Assembly (NCBI GenBank): GCA_021648725.1
Contig: JAKISF010000005.1
Span: 12,375 to 76,374 of the forward strand
DNA length: 64,000 nucleotides
Source of the DNA: Bacteroidales bacterium
GTDB lineage: Bacteria > Bacteroidota > Bacteroidia > Bacteroidales > JAADGE01
Direction of reading: 5' to 3'
Below the pieces are notes generated by a model. The model was not told the DNA's origin. It saw nothing but the letters and a program-made list of their open reading frames with translations, and did no database searches. This document shows, in pieces, positions 7,180-17,941 of this stretch. A program made the position numbers and the translations under genes. The first letter of the stretch is position 1; each line of letters begins with the position of its first letter.

Positions 7180-9075
7180 ATGAAGGTTTATAAATTGTTG
7201 CTTTTTTTAGGATTCAGTTTTATTCTGACAAACATTTATGCTCAAAGCAAAGTGCCTGATATTTATTCTGATATATTTATTGATGAAAGCGGAAATTATT
7301 ATCATAAACTTCTCGGAAAAAAGTTTTATGCTAAAAAATATGATTCTTTTATGTCCCTTGAAAATATGCAGGGTAATCCTAAGGGAACAAAAAACGGAAT
7401 TGAGTTTTATTTCGGCAGTAATGATTTTGAAGGGAAGTTATATTACGGATTAATTGACTATACAGACTCGAAGCATCCGATGCCTGTTTGGTTTAAGAAG
7501 ACGGCAAGCATTAAAAACGGAAAAACTGAGATTAATATTCAGGATAACCTTTCAGGAAAATATGATATGTCGGAATGGGAGAAGAAAGGGAACGGTACTC
7601 TCGGTTATAGGGTAGCAAATAATAAAGGAGAGTTACTTTATGACGGGTTTATAGCTTTTGAGAAAACAAAGGCAGGGTTTAAAATAATTCCGACTGTTAT
7701 CGAAGGACCGTTCGTAAATTTAATAAATGAAACAGGTGTCGTAATTTCCTTTGAAACAAATTTTAAGATTAAAACAAATATTGTTGTTAACGGAAAATCT
7801 TTTTCTGATAAAGCAGAATGCAAACACCACGAAATAAAAATAACCGGGTTAAAACCTTCAACCGAATATAAATATAAAGTTAAATACGGAAACTTATCGC
7901 AGGAATATAGATTTAAAACTGCACACAAAAAAGGAGAAAGAAAGCCTTTTGTTTTTGCATATACAAGTGATTCTCGTGCAGGTCAGGGCGGAGGAGAACG
8001 CAATTTATTCGGAACTAATTTTTATATAATGAGAAAGATTGCTGCATTAGCGAACTTTAAGGATGTTGCATTTATGCAATTTACGGGAGATATGGTTAAC
8101 GGATATTCTCACGACAAAAGAGACATTAACCTTCAATATGCCAACTGGAAAAGAGCAATTGAACCTTTTGCACATTATTATCCGATCATTGCCGGAATCG
8201 GAAATCATGAAGTTACCGGGAAAATATTCGTAAATGAAAAAGGATCTTGGAGAGCTGCAATTGACGGATTTCCTTTTGAAACAGAATCATCATCTGCAAT
8301 ATTTGCAACAAACTTTGTAAATCCGAAAAACGGACCGAAAAGCGAAGATGGTGCATATTATGATCCGAACCCGAATAAAACAGACTTTCCTCCTTATGAT
8401 GAAACAGTTTTTTATTATATTTATGATAATATTGCTGTTATAGTTCTAAATTCGGATTATTGGTATGCTCCGTCTTTAAAGCGAAACAACAGAACAAGCG
8501 GTAACTTGCATGCTTATATTATGGATATGCAATTAGAATGGTTAGAGAAAACTATTTCAGAATTAGAAAAAGATGAAGATATCGACCATGTTTTTGTAAC
8601 CCAACACACACCTGCTTTTCCTAACGGCGGACATGTAAAAGATGATATGTGGTATAACGGAAATAATAAATACAGACCTTATGTTGCCGGAGAACCTGTT
8701 AAAAAAGGAATAATTGAAAGAAGGGATGAATATTTAGATATTTTAATTAATAAAAGTACGAAAGTAGTTGCATTAATGACCGGAGACGAGCATAATTACA
8801 ACAAAGTAAAAATTAGTCCGGATGTTAATATTTATCCTGAAAAATACGAGTTTGAAAAAATTAAAAGAAAAAGAACTATTTGGCAAATTAATAACGGTTC
8901 GGCAGGTGCACCGTATTATGCACAAGACAAAAATACCCCTTGGGCAAATTCAGTAAGCGGATTTACTACACAACAAGTATTAGTATTAATATATATTGAA
9001 GGAAAAAAAGTGTCAGTTAAAGTTGTGAATGCTGAAACATTTGAGTCGGTTGATGAATATATATTGAGAGATTAA
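7180..9075 (+). CDS. Secreted metallophosphoesterase (purple-acid-phosphatase-like N-terminal domain)
   Basis: 631 aa with a signal peptide. An FN3-like segment (HEIKITGLKPSTEYKYKV) is followed by the calcineurin-type motifs SDSRAG, GDMVNGY, GNHE, TQHTPAFPNGGH and GDEHNY. Confidence 0.7.
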   Translation: MKVYKLLLFLGFSFILTNIYAQSKVPDIYSDIFIDESGNYYHKLLGKKFYAKKYDSFMSLENMQGNPKGTKNGIEFYFGSNDFEGKLYYGLIDYTDSKHPMPVWFKKTASIKNGKTEINIQDNLSGKYDMSEWEKKGNGTLGYRVANNKGELLYDGFIAFEKTKAGFKIIPTVIEGPFVNLINETGVVISFETNFKIKTNIVVNGKSFSDKAECKHHEIKITGLKPSTEYKYKVKYGNLSQEYRFKTAHKKGERKPFVFAYTSDSRAGQGGGERNLFGTNFYIMRKIAALANFKDVAFMQFTGDMVNGYSHDKRDINLQYANWKRAIEPFAHYYPIIAGIGNHEVTGKIFVNEKGSWRAAIDGFPFETESSSAIFATNFVNPKNGPKSEDGAYYDPNPNKTDFPPYDETVFYYIYDNIAVIVLNSDYWYAPSLKRNNRTSGNLHAYIMDMQLEWLEKTISELEKDEDIDHVFVTQHTPAFPNGGHVKDDMWYNGNNKYRPYVAGEPVKKGIIERRDEYLDILINKSTKVVALMTGDEHNYNKVKISPDVNIYPEKYEFEKIKRKRTIWQINNGSAGAPYYAQDKNTPWANSVSGFTTQQVLVLIYIEGKKVSVKVVNAETFESVDEYILRD

Positions 9076-9085
9076 ATAAATATTA

Positions 9086-10798
9086 ATGAACAAAAAAGTA
9101 ATTATAAAACCTTCGGGAGATGAGGAAATCGTAAAACATTTGCAGGAGGTTTTAGATATTAATAATACTCTTGCAAGCTTGTTGACTCAGAGAGGAATAA
9201 AAACATTTGATGAGGCAAAAGCATTTTTTCGTCCTGAAATTGAGAAATTGCATGACCCGTTTTTGATGACAGACATGAACAAAGCTGTAGAACGCTTAAA
9301 TGAAGCTGTTTCAAAAAGTGAAAGAATATTAATTTACGGCGATTATGATGTTGACGGAACAACTTCCGTTGCTTTGGTTTATTCATTTTTGCGAAATTAT
9401 TCCGAGAATATTGATTTTTATATACCCGACAGATACAGTGAAGGGTACGGAATTTCCTACAAAGGTATTGATTATGCCGCAGATAATAATTTTAGCTTGG
9501 TAATTGCTTTAGATTGCGGAATAAAAGCCGTTGAAAAAATTGACTACGCTAATCAAAAAAATATAGATTTTATTATTTGTGACCATCATACCCCCGGAGA
9601 AAAAATCCCTGATGCTTATGCGGTTTTAGATCCTAAAAGAGAAGATTGTAACTATCCTGACAAAAATTTATCCGGTTGCGGTGTAGGATTTAAGTTTTTA
9701 CAAGCATATTCTAATCGGAACCAAATAGAATTTAAAGAATTAGAGAAATATATAGATTTAGTTGTAGTAAGTATTGCCTCAGATATTGTTCCCGTAATAG
9801 GAGAAAACAGAATTTTAGCTTATTACGGATTAATAAAATTAAACAAGAACCCTTTAAAAGGTTTGGAAGTTATAAAAAGAATTTCCGGAGTAAGAGATAA
9901 TGAAATGAGTATTTCTGATTGTGTTTTTAAAATAGGTCCGAGAATAAATGCAGCCGGAAGAATAAAATCCGGTAATGATGCTGTTAGGTTGCTTATTTCT
10001 GAAAATAGTAATTTGGCAAACGAAATTGCTCAAAAAATAGATGTTTATAATACCGAACGAAAAAATCTTGACAGAGATATTACTCATGAAGCATTACGGA
10101 AAATTGGAAATTGTGTTGATTTAAAGAACAGAAAATCAACTGTTCTGTATGATAAAGATTGGCACAAAGGTGTTGTAGGGATTGTTGCTTCGAGATTAAC
10201 CGAAACATATTACAGACCGACTGTTGTTTTAACCGAATCAAACGGTATGGCAACCGGTTCGGCACGCTCTGTTTCAGATTTTAACATATATGATGCAATA
10301 AATTCTTGCAGTGATCTTTTAGAAAGTTTCGGAGGACATAAATTTGCAGCCGGCTTAACATTGAAACTTGAAAATATTGAGAAGTTTTCTGATTGTATCG
10401 AAAAATATGTAACAGAAAATATAACTCCTGAACAATTAATACCGCAAGTTAATGTTGATGCCGAATTAAGGTTCTCAGAAATTGACAGAAAATTTTATAA
10501 TATTATGCGTCAGATGGCTCCTTTCGGTCCGGGAAATATGTCGCCGGTTTTTATTACAAAGGGTGTTTCTGATACCGGAACTTCAAAAAAAGTAGGAAGT
10601 AATAAAGAGCATTTAAAACTGGAAGTGGTTGATACCAACGGTGTTGTAATGTCGGGTATCGCATTTTCATTAGCTCCTGATTATTTTGAACCTATTTCAA
10701 ATAAAGAGAAGTTTTCAATTTGTTATTCTATTGATAAAAACGAATTCAGAGGAGTTACTTCATTGCAATTAAGAGTTAAAGAAATTATTCTTGAATAA
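9086..10798 (+). CDS. recJ: Single-stranded-DNA-specific exonuclease RecJ
   Basis: 570 aa with DHH-family motifs (IYGDYDVDGTTS, LDCG, ICDHH) and the DHHA1 segment GGHKFAAG. Confidence 0.9.
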   Translation: MNKKVIIKPSGDEEIVKHLQEVLDINNTLASLLTQRGIKTFDEAKAFFRPEIEKLHDPFLMTDMNKAVERLNEAVSKSERILIYGDYDVDGTTSVALVYSFLRNYSENIDFYIPDRYSEGYGISYKGIDYAADNNFSLVIALDCGIKAVEKIDYANQKNIDFIICDHHTPGEKIPDAYAVLDPKREDCNYPDKNLSGCGVGFKFLQAYSNRNQIEFKELEKYIDLVVVSIASDIVPVIGENRILAYYGLIKLNKNPLKGLEVIKRISGVRDNEMSISDCVFKIGPRINAAGRIKSGNDAVRLLISENSNLANEIAQKIDVYNTERKNLDRDITHEALRKIGNCVDLKNRKSTVLYDKDWHKGVVGIVASRLTETYYRPTVVLTESNGMATGSARSVSDFNIYDAINSCSDLLESFGGHKFAAGLTLKLENIEKFSDCIEKYVTENITPEQLIPQVNVDAELRFSEIDRKFYNIMRQMAPFGPGNMSPVFITKGVSDTGTSKKVGSNKEHLKLEVVDTNGVVMSGIAFSLAPDYFEPISNKEKFSICYSIDKNEFRGVTSLQLRVKEIILE

Positions 10799-10822
10799 AA
10801 TAACGTTGATTAAAAAGCTCCG

Positions 10823-11782
10823 GTGCAAAAAAAACAAGTTCAAAAGGTATTAATTTTTATTTTGAAAACGGTAATTGTATCATTGTCTTTATGGTACATA
10901 TTGTATAAATTAAAGCAAAATAATATTTCTGAAATTAACTTTCCTGAATTTGATAGTTATCAAGTACTGTTTTTTGCTGTTGTAATTTTATTGATGCCTG
11001 TTAATTGGTTTGTTGAAACAATAAAATGGAAATTTCTGTTAAAAAATGTTGAAAAAATTTCTTACTCTAAATCTTTAAAAGCTGTTTTTTCAGGAATTAC
11101 ATTTGCAATATTTACACCGAACAGAACCGGCGAATTAGTCGGGCGAATTTTCGTGCTGAAAAAAGAAAACCGAGCAAAAGGAGTTTTTGCAACTGCAACC
11201 GGAAGTTTAAGCCAAATGATAATAACAATTTTAGCGGGTGTTATTGCAGGAATTACTTTTTTATTTCTTTATGATAATAAAATTCAAAATATTAACCCAA
11301 ACTCACTGTTATTTATAAAGGTAACGGCAATTTTTGTTTTATTTTTAACTTTATTTGTATTGTTTAATTTACGCTTTATTGAGGCTTTGCTTAATAGGTT
11401 TAATAAATCTGAGAAGTTTATAAAAGCAATAGAAATTTTAACAAGTTATAAGAAGAAAGAGCTTGCTATTGTGTTGTTTCTCAGTTCTTTGAGGTATTTT
11501 GTTTTTTCCTGCCAGTTTTATTTCTTACTTGTATTATTTAATGTTGAAATAAGCTTCTTTAATTCTTTTATTTCGGTTGCTCTTACATATTTTATAAGTT
11601 CAATAATACCTTCTTTTACATTAACCGAAATAGGAATAAGAGGAAGTGCAGCAATTTTTTTTATAGGAATGTTTTCGATAAATATTCCGGGAATAATTGC
11701 TGCAACAGCATTACTGTGGATTATTAACTTGGCTGTTCCGGCAATTATAGGAGCCGGTTTGTTTTATTTAACAAAGTTATGA
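10823..11782 (+). CDS. UPF0104 / lysyl-PG-synthase-TM (flippase-like) membrane protein
   Basis: 319-aa polytopic ORF with a GTG start in the track. TPNRTGELVGR and LTEIGIRGSAAIFF resemble the two conserved loops of the MprF-TM/UPF0104 family. It is a paralogue of 46032..46916. Confidence 0.5.
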   Translation: MQKKQVQKVLIFILKTVIVSLSLWYILYKLKQNNISEINFPEFDSYQVLFFAVVILLMPVNWFVETIKWKFLLKNVEKISYSKSLKAVFSGITFAIFTPNRTGELVGRIFVLKKENRAKGVFATATGSLSQMIITILAGVIAGITFLFLYDNKIQNINPNSLLFIKVTAIFVLFLTLFVLFNLRFIEALLNRFNKSEKFIKAIEILTSYKKKELAIVLFLSSLRYFVFSCQFYFLLVLFNVEISFFNSFISVALTYFISSIIPSFTLTEIGIRGSAAIFFIGMFSINIPGIIAATALLWIINLAVPAIIGAGLFYLTKL

Positions 11783-11796
11783 AGTTTAGATAATAA

Positions 11797-11836
11797 GAAT
11801 GCCGATTTAAAAATATAAATCGGCATTCTTTATTTT
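11797..11836. terminator. Bidirectional rho-independent terminator between convergent genes
   Basis: AGAATGCCGATTTA pairs with TAAATCGGCATTCT. T-runs follow on the plus strand and A-runs precede it. Confidence 0.6.
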
Positions 11837-11847
11837 TAAGTACTCTT

Positions 11848-12411
11848 TTATAGTTTAAACGCAACGCCTAAGTTCAAATAAGCAATTCCGTAACCTAATT
11901 CTACCATTCCTGCTATTTTAGGATTGAACCAGTAACGACCGCCTAAATACATAGACCATGCAATATCACTCCCGGTTGTTGAAGTTCCAAAAGAAACATC
12001 ACCGATTTCACTGACACTTACTATATTATATCCAAGCATCATACCTGCATAAGTATCAAGTTTTTCGACTAACGGATAGTGAAAACTTCCGCGTGCACCG
12101 ATTATAAAGCTTGTATAGTCATATCCGTATATGTCTCCAAACCAGTTATATCTTGCTCTTGCAGCAGTATATCCTAAGTATCCGCCCACACCAACGGATC
12201 CTTTTTCTAATACATCATTTAATATTCCGTATTCAAAAGAAGCAGAAATAGGAGGAACGGTTGTTGAAAAACCACTTCCTGTATAGAGAGTACTTCCCAA
12301 ACCAACTCCTAAATTGATAACTTTATCTCCTTCCGAAAATGTTGATTCTTGTGCATTTGTAAAAGAAAATGCAAAAACTGAGATTAATGCACTTACTAAT
12401 AATTTTTTCAT
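11848..12411 (-). CDS. Small outer-membrane beta-barrel protein (porin-family/OmpW-like)
   Basis: 187 aa with a signal peptide, an alternating Gly/aromatic beta-strand pattern and a C-terminal GVAFKL ending in an aromatic-x-hydrophobic residue. Confidence 0.55.
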   Translation of the reverse strand: MKKLLVSALISVFAFSFTNAQESTFSEGDKVINLGVGLGSTLYTGSGFSTTVPPISASFEYGILNDVLEKGSVGVGGYLGYTAARARYNWFGDIYGYDYTSFIIGARGSFHYPLVEKLDTYAGMMLGYNIVSVSEIGDVSFGTSTTGSDIAWSMYLGGRYWFNPKIAGMVELGYGIAYLNLGVAFKL

Positions 12412-12495
12412 AACTAATAATTTTTGTGGTTTTAAATTTAAGTTTACGAAAGTATATAATATTATGAATATATTTCCTATTGTAAAACATAAAAA

Positions 12496-14649
12496 CTATA
12501 AAAAATCATCAAAATACCTCGTTATCTTTTTCATAAGATGAACTCGTGCTTTTCCTCGCATATTATGTTCACTTTCAGGATAAATAAAATAATCAATATC
12601 TGTTCCTGCATTAATACATGATTTTATAAAATCAATGCTGTTTTGCGGGACAACAACCGGGTCTTGGTAACCGTGAATCATTAATAACCGTCCTTTTAAT
12701 TCCCCTGCTTTATTCAGTAAACTTGTTTTTTCAAAACCTTCGGGGTTTTCTTCGGGTGTGTCCATATAACGTTCTCCGTACATAACTTCATAATATTTCC
12801 AATCAATTACGGGTCCGCCTGCAACTCCTGTTTTAAAGGTTTCCGGGTAATTTATCATTAAAGAAGTTGTCATAAATCCTCCGTAACTCCACCCGTGAAC
12901 TCCTATTCTGTTTGAATCGACATAAGATAATTTTTTCAGAAAATCAATACCTTTCATTTGGTCTTTCATTTCTTCTTGTCCGCATTGCCGGTGAATTATG
13001 CTTTCAAATTCAAAACCTCTGTTGTCGGAGCCTCTGTTATCAATGGTAAACATGATATAGCCTTTTTGTGCCATATAAAAATTCCACAGACGTGCACCTC
13101 CGAGCCATGAGTTTGTAACTAATTGTGCATGAGGACCTCCGTAAACATAAACAACTACGGGATATTTTTTAGTTTTATCAAAATCGGGAGGTGTAATTAA
13201 TCTATAGTGTAAATCTGTTTTTCCGTCAGCTGCTTTTATCGTACCTAATGTTATTTCTCCGAGATTATATTCTGTTAAAGGATTTTTTGCCGAAAGTATG
13301 TTTGTAATAACTTTTCCTTTATTGTCAATTATTAAGTTGTTGTTTGGTGTTTTCGTATTTGAATAAGAATCAAAGATATACTTTTTTGAATTTGACAGTA
13401 CAACATTATGAACCCCTTTTTCATTTGTTAATTTTTTAATTGCTCCGGTTGTGAAGTTAACTTTATACAAGTGATTTTCAATAGGGCTGTTTTTTGTTGC
13501 AGTAATAAAAAAGTCTTTATTTTTAGAATCAAAACCGAGAAAATCTTTTACAATCCAATTCCCTTTTGTAAGTTGTCGTATTAACTTACCTTCGGTATCA
13601 TATAAATATAAATGATTAAATCCGTCTTTTTCGCTGTACCAAATAAATTGATTTTCCATATCGTCGGTAAAAATTAATTGATGTTCGGGTTCTACATATT
13701 TGTCATTTTTTTCTTCAAAAAGTGTTTTAATAAACTTTCCGTTTGAAGCATCATATTTATTTAATTTAAGATGATTTTGCCCTCTGTTTAAAACTCCTAT
13801 ATAAATATATTTCTCATTAGAGTCCCAAGTTATGCTTGTCAGGTAACGTTCGTTTGAAAAGTCCGTAACATCCGCAAAGACAGTTTTCCCGGTTTTTAAG
13901 TTGTAAATTCCGAGAGTAACTTCTTCGCTTTTTTCACCAATCATAGGATATTTTGTGTTATTTAAAGTTGCAATTCTTGTAGTAATATCAACAAGAGGAT
14001 AATCAGCAACCATAGTTTCGTCTTTTCTGTAAAAAGCAATATAATTACCCGAAGGAGACCAAAAAATACCGTTATCAATTCCGAATTCTTGACGGTGAGT
14101 ATATGAATTTCCGTTTACTATTCCTTTATTTGCATCTTCCGTAACAGGAACAGTTTTTGATTTTGAGTCTGAAAAGAATAAATTGTTATCAATAGTGTAA
14201 GCAACATAATTATTTGCTTCGCAGGGTTTTATGTTTTTAGCTTCTTTCGGAATAACAATGCTGAAATCAAATTTCTTATTCTTTAAATTGTAAATATAAT
14301 AGTTCCCGTTTGCTTTAAAAGATAATTGATTTGCACTTAACCAAGAATAGTCCCAATATGGGAAATATTTAATCTCATTATTCCCGGTTTCTTTTAATGC
14401 AGAATTAATTTGCTCAAGACTAACAAGTGATTTTGTACTTATCCCTTTTTTATTAATCAAAATAATTTCTTTATAATCTTTTACATAAGTAAAATTATCT
14501 TCTGCATAAGTTTGAATTCCGTTAATGTGCTCAGGATAAAATTGTCGCCATTGCCCTGTAACGGCATCTTCAATTGTTAGTTTCTTATTTTGCGAGAAAG
14601 AAAATAAAACAGAACTTAAAAATATTGTTGTAAATAATAATCGTTTCAT
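12496..14649 (-). CDS. Dipeptidyl-peptidase IV (S9B serine peptidase)
   Basis: 717 aa with a signal peptide and an N-terminal DPP-IV beta-propeller region. The C-terminal alpha/beta hydrolase domain carries GVHGWSYGG (nucleophile elbow), a later acidic residue and EHNM. Confidence 0.85.
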   Translation of the reverse strand: MKRLLFTTIFLSSVLFSFSQNKKLTIEDAVTGQWRQFYPEHINGIQTYAEDNFTYVKDYKEIILINKKGISTKSLVSLEQINSALKETGNNEIKYFPYWDYSWLSANQLSFKANGNYYIYNLKNKKFDFSIVIPKEAKNIKPCEANNYVAYTIDNNLFFSDSKSKTVPVTEDANKGIVNGNSYTHRQEFGIDNGIFWSPSGNYIAFYRKDETMVADYPLVDITTRIATLNNTKYPMIGEKSEEVTLGIYNLKTGKTVFADVTDFSNERYLTSITWDSNEKYIYIGVLNRGQNHLKLNKYDASNGKFIKTLFEEKNDKYVEPEHQLIFTDDMENQFIWYSEKDGFNHLYLYDTEGKLIRQLTKGNWIVKDFLGFDSKNKDFFITATKNSPIENHLYKVNFTTGAIKKLTNEKGVHNVVLSNSKKYIFDSYSNTKTPNNNLIIDNKGKVITNILSAKNPLTEYNLGEITLGTIKAADGKTDLHYRLITPPDFDKTKKYPVVVYVYGGPHAQLVTNSWLGGARLWNFYMAQKGYIMFTIDNRGSDNRGFEFESIIHRQCGQEEMKDQMKGIDFLKKLSYVDSNRIGVHGWSYGGFMTTSLMINYPETFKTGVAGGPVIDWKYYEVMYGERYMDTPEENPEGFEKTSLLNKAGELKGRLLMIHGYQDPVVVPQNSIDFIKSCINAGTDIDYFIYPESEHNMRGKARVHLMKKITRYFDDFL

Positions 14650-14688
14650 GTTATCAAGTTTAATAAATTTTTAGAAAACGCAATATAG

Positions 14689-14721
14689 AAAAAAAAGCCG
14701 ATTTTCTTAGAAAGTCGGCTT
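14689..14721 (-). terminator. Rho-independent terminator downstream of the endonuclease I gene
   Basis: AAGCCGATTTTC (14695-14706) pairs with GAAAGTCGGCTT (14710-14721), including one G-U. On the minus strand a T-run follows (plus-strand A-run 14691-14696). Confidence 0.55.
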
Positions 14722-14747
14722 TGAGTTTATTATATGAAACTTGTATT

Positions 14748-15773
14748 TTATTCTTTAATAAGTTTCTTAAGTATTTTTTTATTATTAATGTCTGTTATTT
14801 CTATAAAATAGATTCCGGTGTTGAGCATACTTATATTACAGCTAAATTTATTTTGTTGTAAATTCTCAAAACTTAAAACATTCTTTCCTATTAAGTTATA
14901 AATGTGTATTGTTTTCATTGTTAGGCCTTTCGAGTTAATTTCGATGTAGTTTGAACTCGGATTCGGGATAATCGTAATTTCTTTATTAAGTTCATCAACT
15001 CCTACTACACATGTTAAGTTCCAAGCTCTGCAGGCAATTTCGGGATAATCAATATAAGGATTCCGGTTTCCTTGACTGCTTTCTGTTCTGTCGTTTCTTT
15101 GAAGTTCCCAAGCATCAACCGGATCTTGTAAGTGCCAATCGTACAAAGTTTGTAAACTTGCTAAACCGGTTATGGAACCGGCTTGTGTCGGATACATAGT
15201 GTAAAAATAAAATGCTGCTCTTGCAACATCACCGCAATGGTCTTCTCTCGGTTCAAAGTTTGAACTTGTATTTAGCTCACTGTATGCATCAATATTTGAT
15301 GTAGGTGTTGAGGTTAATACGGTTAAACCGCTGTTTGAACCGTTTACAATATACCATTTGTCTGTTGAATTATCATTTATTTCTGCAAAATCCAAACTGC
15401 CTCTTGCTCCGTTTACATCTCCGTGTGTAGGGAAAAGATGAAAAATATCCGAAACCATAGGATCAGCACTGCCAAACCAAGATTGAGGAATTGTATGTTC
15501 GCAATTAATAGGATTCAAATATGTTGTGTTACTTGCCGTTTGATGAAATCCTGTATAAACACAATAAACTTGTCCGTCTGATTTCTTGTCAATATAACTG
15601 TACATTTGTTTACGAGCATTGTCATATCCTAATGTATTATGATACCCGTCATACCAATTGGTTTTAAGCCAGGTTCTTAAAGCACTTCCCGACAAATCGG
15701 AGGGAGGCTGAGCTTGTGAAAAAATTAAATTAGAAGATAGAAAGAGTATTGCAAAAAATAGTAGTTTTCTCAT
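14748..15773 (-). CDS. Secreted endonuclease I family nuclease with T9SS C-terminal sorting domain
   Basis: 341 aa with a signal peptide. CEHTIPQSWF and SDIFHLFPTHGDVNGARGS match the EH-x-x-P and D-x-x-H-L-x-P-x(4)-N-x-x-R motifs of EndA/Vvn-type endonuclease I. The last 80 aa or so (IIPNPSSNYIEI...GIYFIEI...KLIKE) look like a Por secretion tail. Confidence 0.75.
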   Translation of the reverse strand: MRKLLFFAILFLSSNLIFSQAQPPSDLSGSALRTWLKTNWYDGYHNTLGYDNARKQMYSYIDKKSDGQVYCVYTGFHQTASNTTYLNPINCEHTIPQSWFGSADPMVSDIFHLFPTHGDVNGARGSLDFAEINDNSTDKWYIVNGSNSGLTVLTSTPTSNIDAYSELNTSSNFEPREDHCGDVARAAFYFYTMYPTQAGSITGLASLQTLYDWHLQDPVDAWELQRNDRTESSQGNRNPYIDYPEIACRAWNLTCVVGVDELNKEITIIPNPSSNYIEINSKGLTMKTIHIYNLIGKNVLSFENLQQNKFSCNISMLNTGIYFIEITDINNKKILKKLIKE

Positions 15774-15825
15774 TTTGTGATATTGATTTAATTAAAATAT
15801 GAATGCAAAGATATTATTTTTTAAT

Positions 15826-15862
15826 AAAAAAAGACGTACCTTTTAATGATACGTCTTTTTTT
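15826..15862. terminator. Bidirectional-looking rho-independent terminator
   Basis: AAGACGTA (15831-15838) pairs with TACGTCTT (15850-15857). An A-run flanks it upstream and a T-run downstream. It lies just after the stop of 15882..16697 (minus). Confidence 0.5.
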
Positions 15863-15881
15863 GCTTTTAAAACCTAAGGTT

Positions 15882-16697
15882 TTATTTTTTTACAAATTTA
15901 GCAATACTTGAAGTACCGTCAATATTTTCAATATTGATTAAATAAACTCCGTTTGTTAAGTTTCTGACATTCAAGTTGTAATTATTTGCGTTAATATCAT
16001 TAACATTCATAACCCTTTGACCTATAACATTAGAAATTGCAATATTTTTAATGTTAGAATCACTGTTAATATTTAACACTGAAGTTGCAGGGTTAGGATA
16101 AATTGATAAATTACTGTTTATTTCAGAAACAGAAACTGTTCCTGTAACGAGAATATTATCAATTTGGACTGTTGTGGTTTCACCTGCACCTGTATCATCT
16201 CCGTCATAAACAAATGCAATATAAGCTGTACCGGTATATGAAGATAAGCTCATTGTTCCTGCTGTTGCAAATGTTCCGTATCCGACTGTTGGTGTTGTAG
16301 GAATAGAAAAATTACTTGTAATATCTGTCCATGTAGCTCCTGCAATATTTGAACCGTCAAAGTCGGTAGAAATAAAAACTGTTAATGCGACATGTGTCCA
16401 GTAGCCGATATTTACATCAAAAGAAAAGTCATTAGTTCCGTCTAAAGTTAAAGAAGGAGTAATTAACCAGCCTTGGTTTACTTCTCCCGATCCGTATGAA
16501 CTTAGTTGAGCATATAAATTGCTGTATGATTTAGTTTGCCATGCTCTTGTGCCGACTTCAGCAGAGTTAGTCCACCCTGTTAATACAATGTCTGTTCCGT
16601 CACCTGCTGTAGATTCAAAATCTTCAGATAAAATCTGTGCGTTTGCTCCTGAAAAAGCAAATGCGATAATAACAATTAATAGTAAACGTTTTTTCAT
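15882..16697 (-). CDS. Secreted choice-of-anchor-J-like domain protein with T9SS C-terminal sorting domain
   Basis: 271 aa with a signal peptide. ILSEDFES...GWT...W resembles the choice-of-anchor J domain start. The C-terminus (IYPNPATSVLNI...NGVYLINIE...KFVKK) is T9SS-CTD-like. Confidence 0.55.
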   Translation of the reverse strand: MKKRLLLIVIIAFAFSGANAQILSEDFESTAGDGTDIVLTGWTNSAEVGTRAWQTKSYSNLYAQLSSYGSGEVNQGWLITPSLTLDGTNDFSFDVNIGYWTHVALTVFISTDFDGSNIAGATWTDITSNFSIPTTPTVGYGTFATAGTMSLSSYTGTAYIAFVYDGDDTGAGETTTVQIDNILVTGTVSVSEINSNLSIYPNPATSVLNINSDSNIKNIAISNVIGQRVMNVNDINANNYNLNVRNLTNGVYLINIENIDGTSSIAKFVKK

Positions 16698-16785
16698 TTT
16701 ATAAAAATTTAAGTGAATAAAAAATATTTAAAATAGTTTCCAAAGTTAGAAAAATAAAATTGGATAATCAATAAATATTTAATTT

Positions 16786-17838
16786 TTATTTTTCCTTAAT
16801 TAAAAATAAATATACCGGAAAGTGGTCACTGTATCCGTTTTGAAATAAATCAAAAGAAAAAGTTCTTTTCGGGTAACCTTTATATCTTCCCTCGGTGCTT
16901 ATTATAAATTTTTTTCTGAAAATATTTGTTTTCCAGTAAACAAAAGAACTCCTATCCTCTGAAATCAGCCCTTGCGAAATTATTAATTGATCGAATAAGC
17001 TCCATGCATCTCTGTAAGCCGTTGTGCCGACACCTCTTTTATACACATTGTAATACGGATTAAAAAGTTCTCCGGGTTTAAGTTTGTTAATATGCCTGTT
17101 TGAAAAAAGATGTTTTTTTACGCTTTCATTATCAGGGTTGTCATTTAAATCACCCATAACAATTATTTTTGCATCGGTATCTAAAAATAAAATGGAGTCA
17201 ACTAACAAACGAGACAAGTCGCCTGCGGCATTTCTTTTAGGCTCACTTATTTTTTGTCCGCCGCCTCTTGAAGGCCAGTGGTTTACAATAAAATTAAGAG
17301 TGTCTCCGTCGTAAATACCCGTTACTACAAGTTGTGCCCTTGTTTCGTCTGTTGAATCAAAACTGAATTTTAATACATGAGAACTTGTGTGTAATATTTT
17401 AAAGTAATCTTTTCGATATATTAAACCGACATCAATACCACGCTCATCCGGTGAATCATAGTGAATGATGCCATAATTCGAAGATTTTAATTGCGGCATT
17501 TTAATTAAATCTTCTAAAACACTTCTGTTCTCAATTTCAGAAACACCTAATATATGAGGTCCTCCTTTTATAACTTCATCACCTATTTGCGAAATAACAT
17601 CAGCCATTTTATTCAGCTTTTTATAGTATCGTTCACCTGTCCATACTTTTTTTCCGCTCGGCAGAAACTCATAATCGTAAGTGTCAGGAGAGTCTATAGT
17701 GTCGAAAAGATTTTCAAGATTATAAAACCCGACACATGCAACCTTATATTGTTTTTTTTGAGCTTGTATTTCAGACGTAAAAATTAATGCTGAAAAAAGA
17801 ATAAATATTGTTTTAGTTTTTAAGATTTTATTAAACAT
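16786..17838 (-). CDS. Endonuclease/exonuclease/phosphatase (EEP) family protein, extracellular-nuclease-like
   Basis: 350 aa with a signal peptide. The N-terminal YKVACVGFYNLENLFD, an internal GDLND and the C-terminal YSDHFPVY are the EEP (DNase I-like) landmarks. Confidence 0.7.
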   Translation of the reverse strand: MFNKILKTKTIFILFSALIFTSEIQAQKKQYKVACVGFYNLENLFDTIDSPDTYDYEFLPSGKKVWTGERYYKKLNKMADVISQIGDEVIKGGPHILGVSEIENRSVLEDLIKMPQLKSSNYGIIHYDSPDERGIDVGLIYRKDYFKILHTSSHVLKFSFDSTDETRAQLVVTGIYDGDTLNFIVNHWPSRGGGQKISEPKRNAAGDLSRLLVDSILFLDTDAKIIVMGDLNDNPDNESVKKHLFSNRHINKLKPGELFNPYYNVYKRGVGTTAYRDAWSLFDQLIISQGLISEDRSSFVYWKTNIFRKKFIISTEGRYKGYPKRTFSFDLFQNGYSDHFPVYLFLIKEK

Positions 17839-17872
17839 CTTTTAATAATTTAGTATTTATATATAAAATATT

Positions 17873-17880
17873 ATATTTGC
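17873..17880 (+). promoter_or_regulatory. Candidate -7 box (TAnnTTTG) for the TonB-dependent receptor operon
   Basis: TATATTTG lies about 60 nt upstream of the ATG at 17942, in the divergent intergenic region. Confidence 0.3.
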
Positions 17881-17941
17881 CACCCTTTTTAAAAAAGAAT
17901 TCAAAATTAGAATAAAAATTTAATATACAAAAATAGAGATT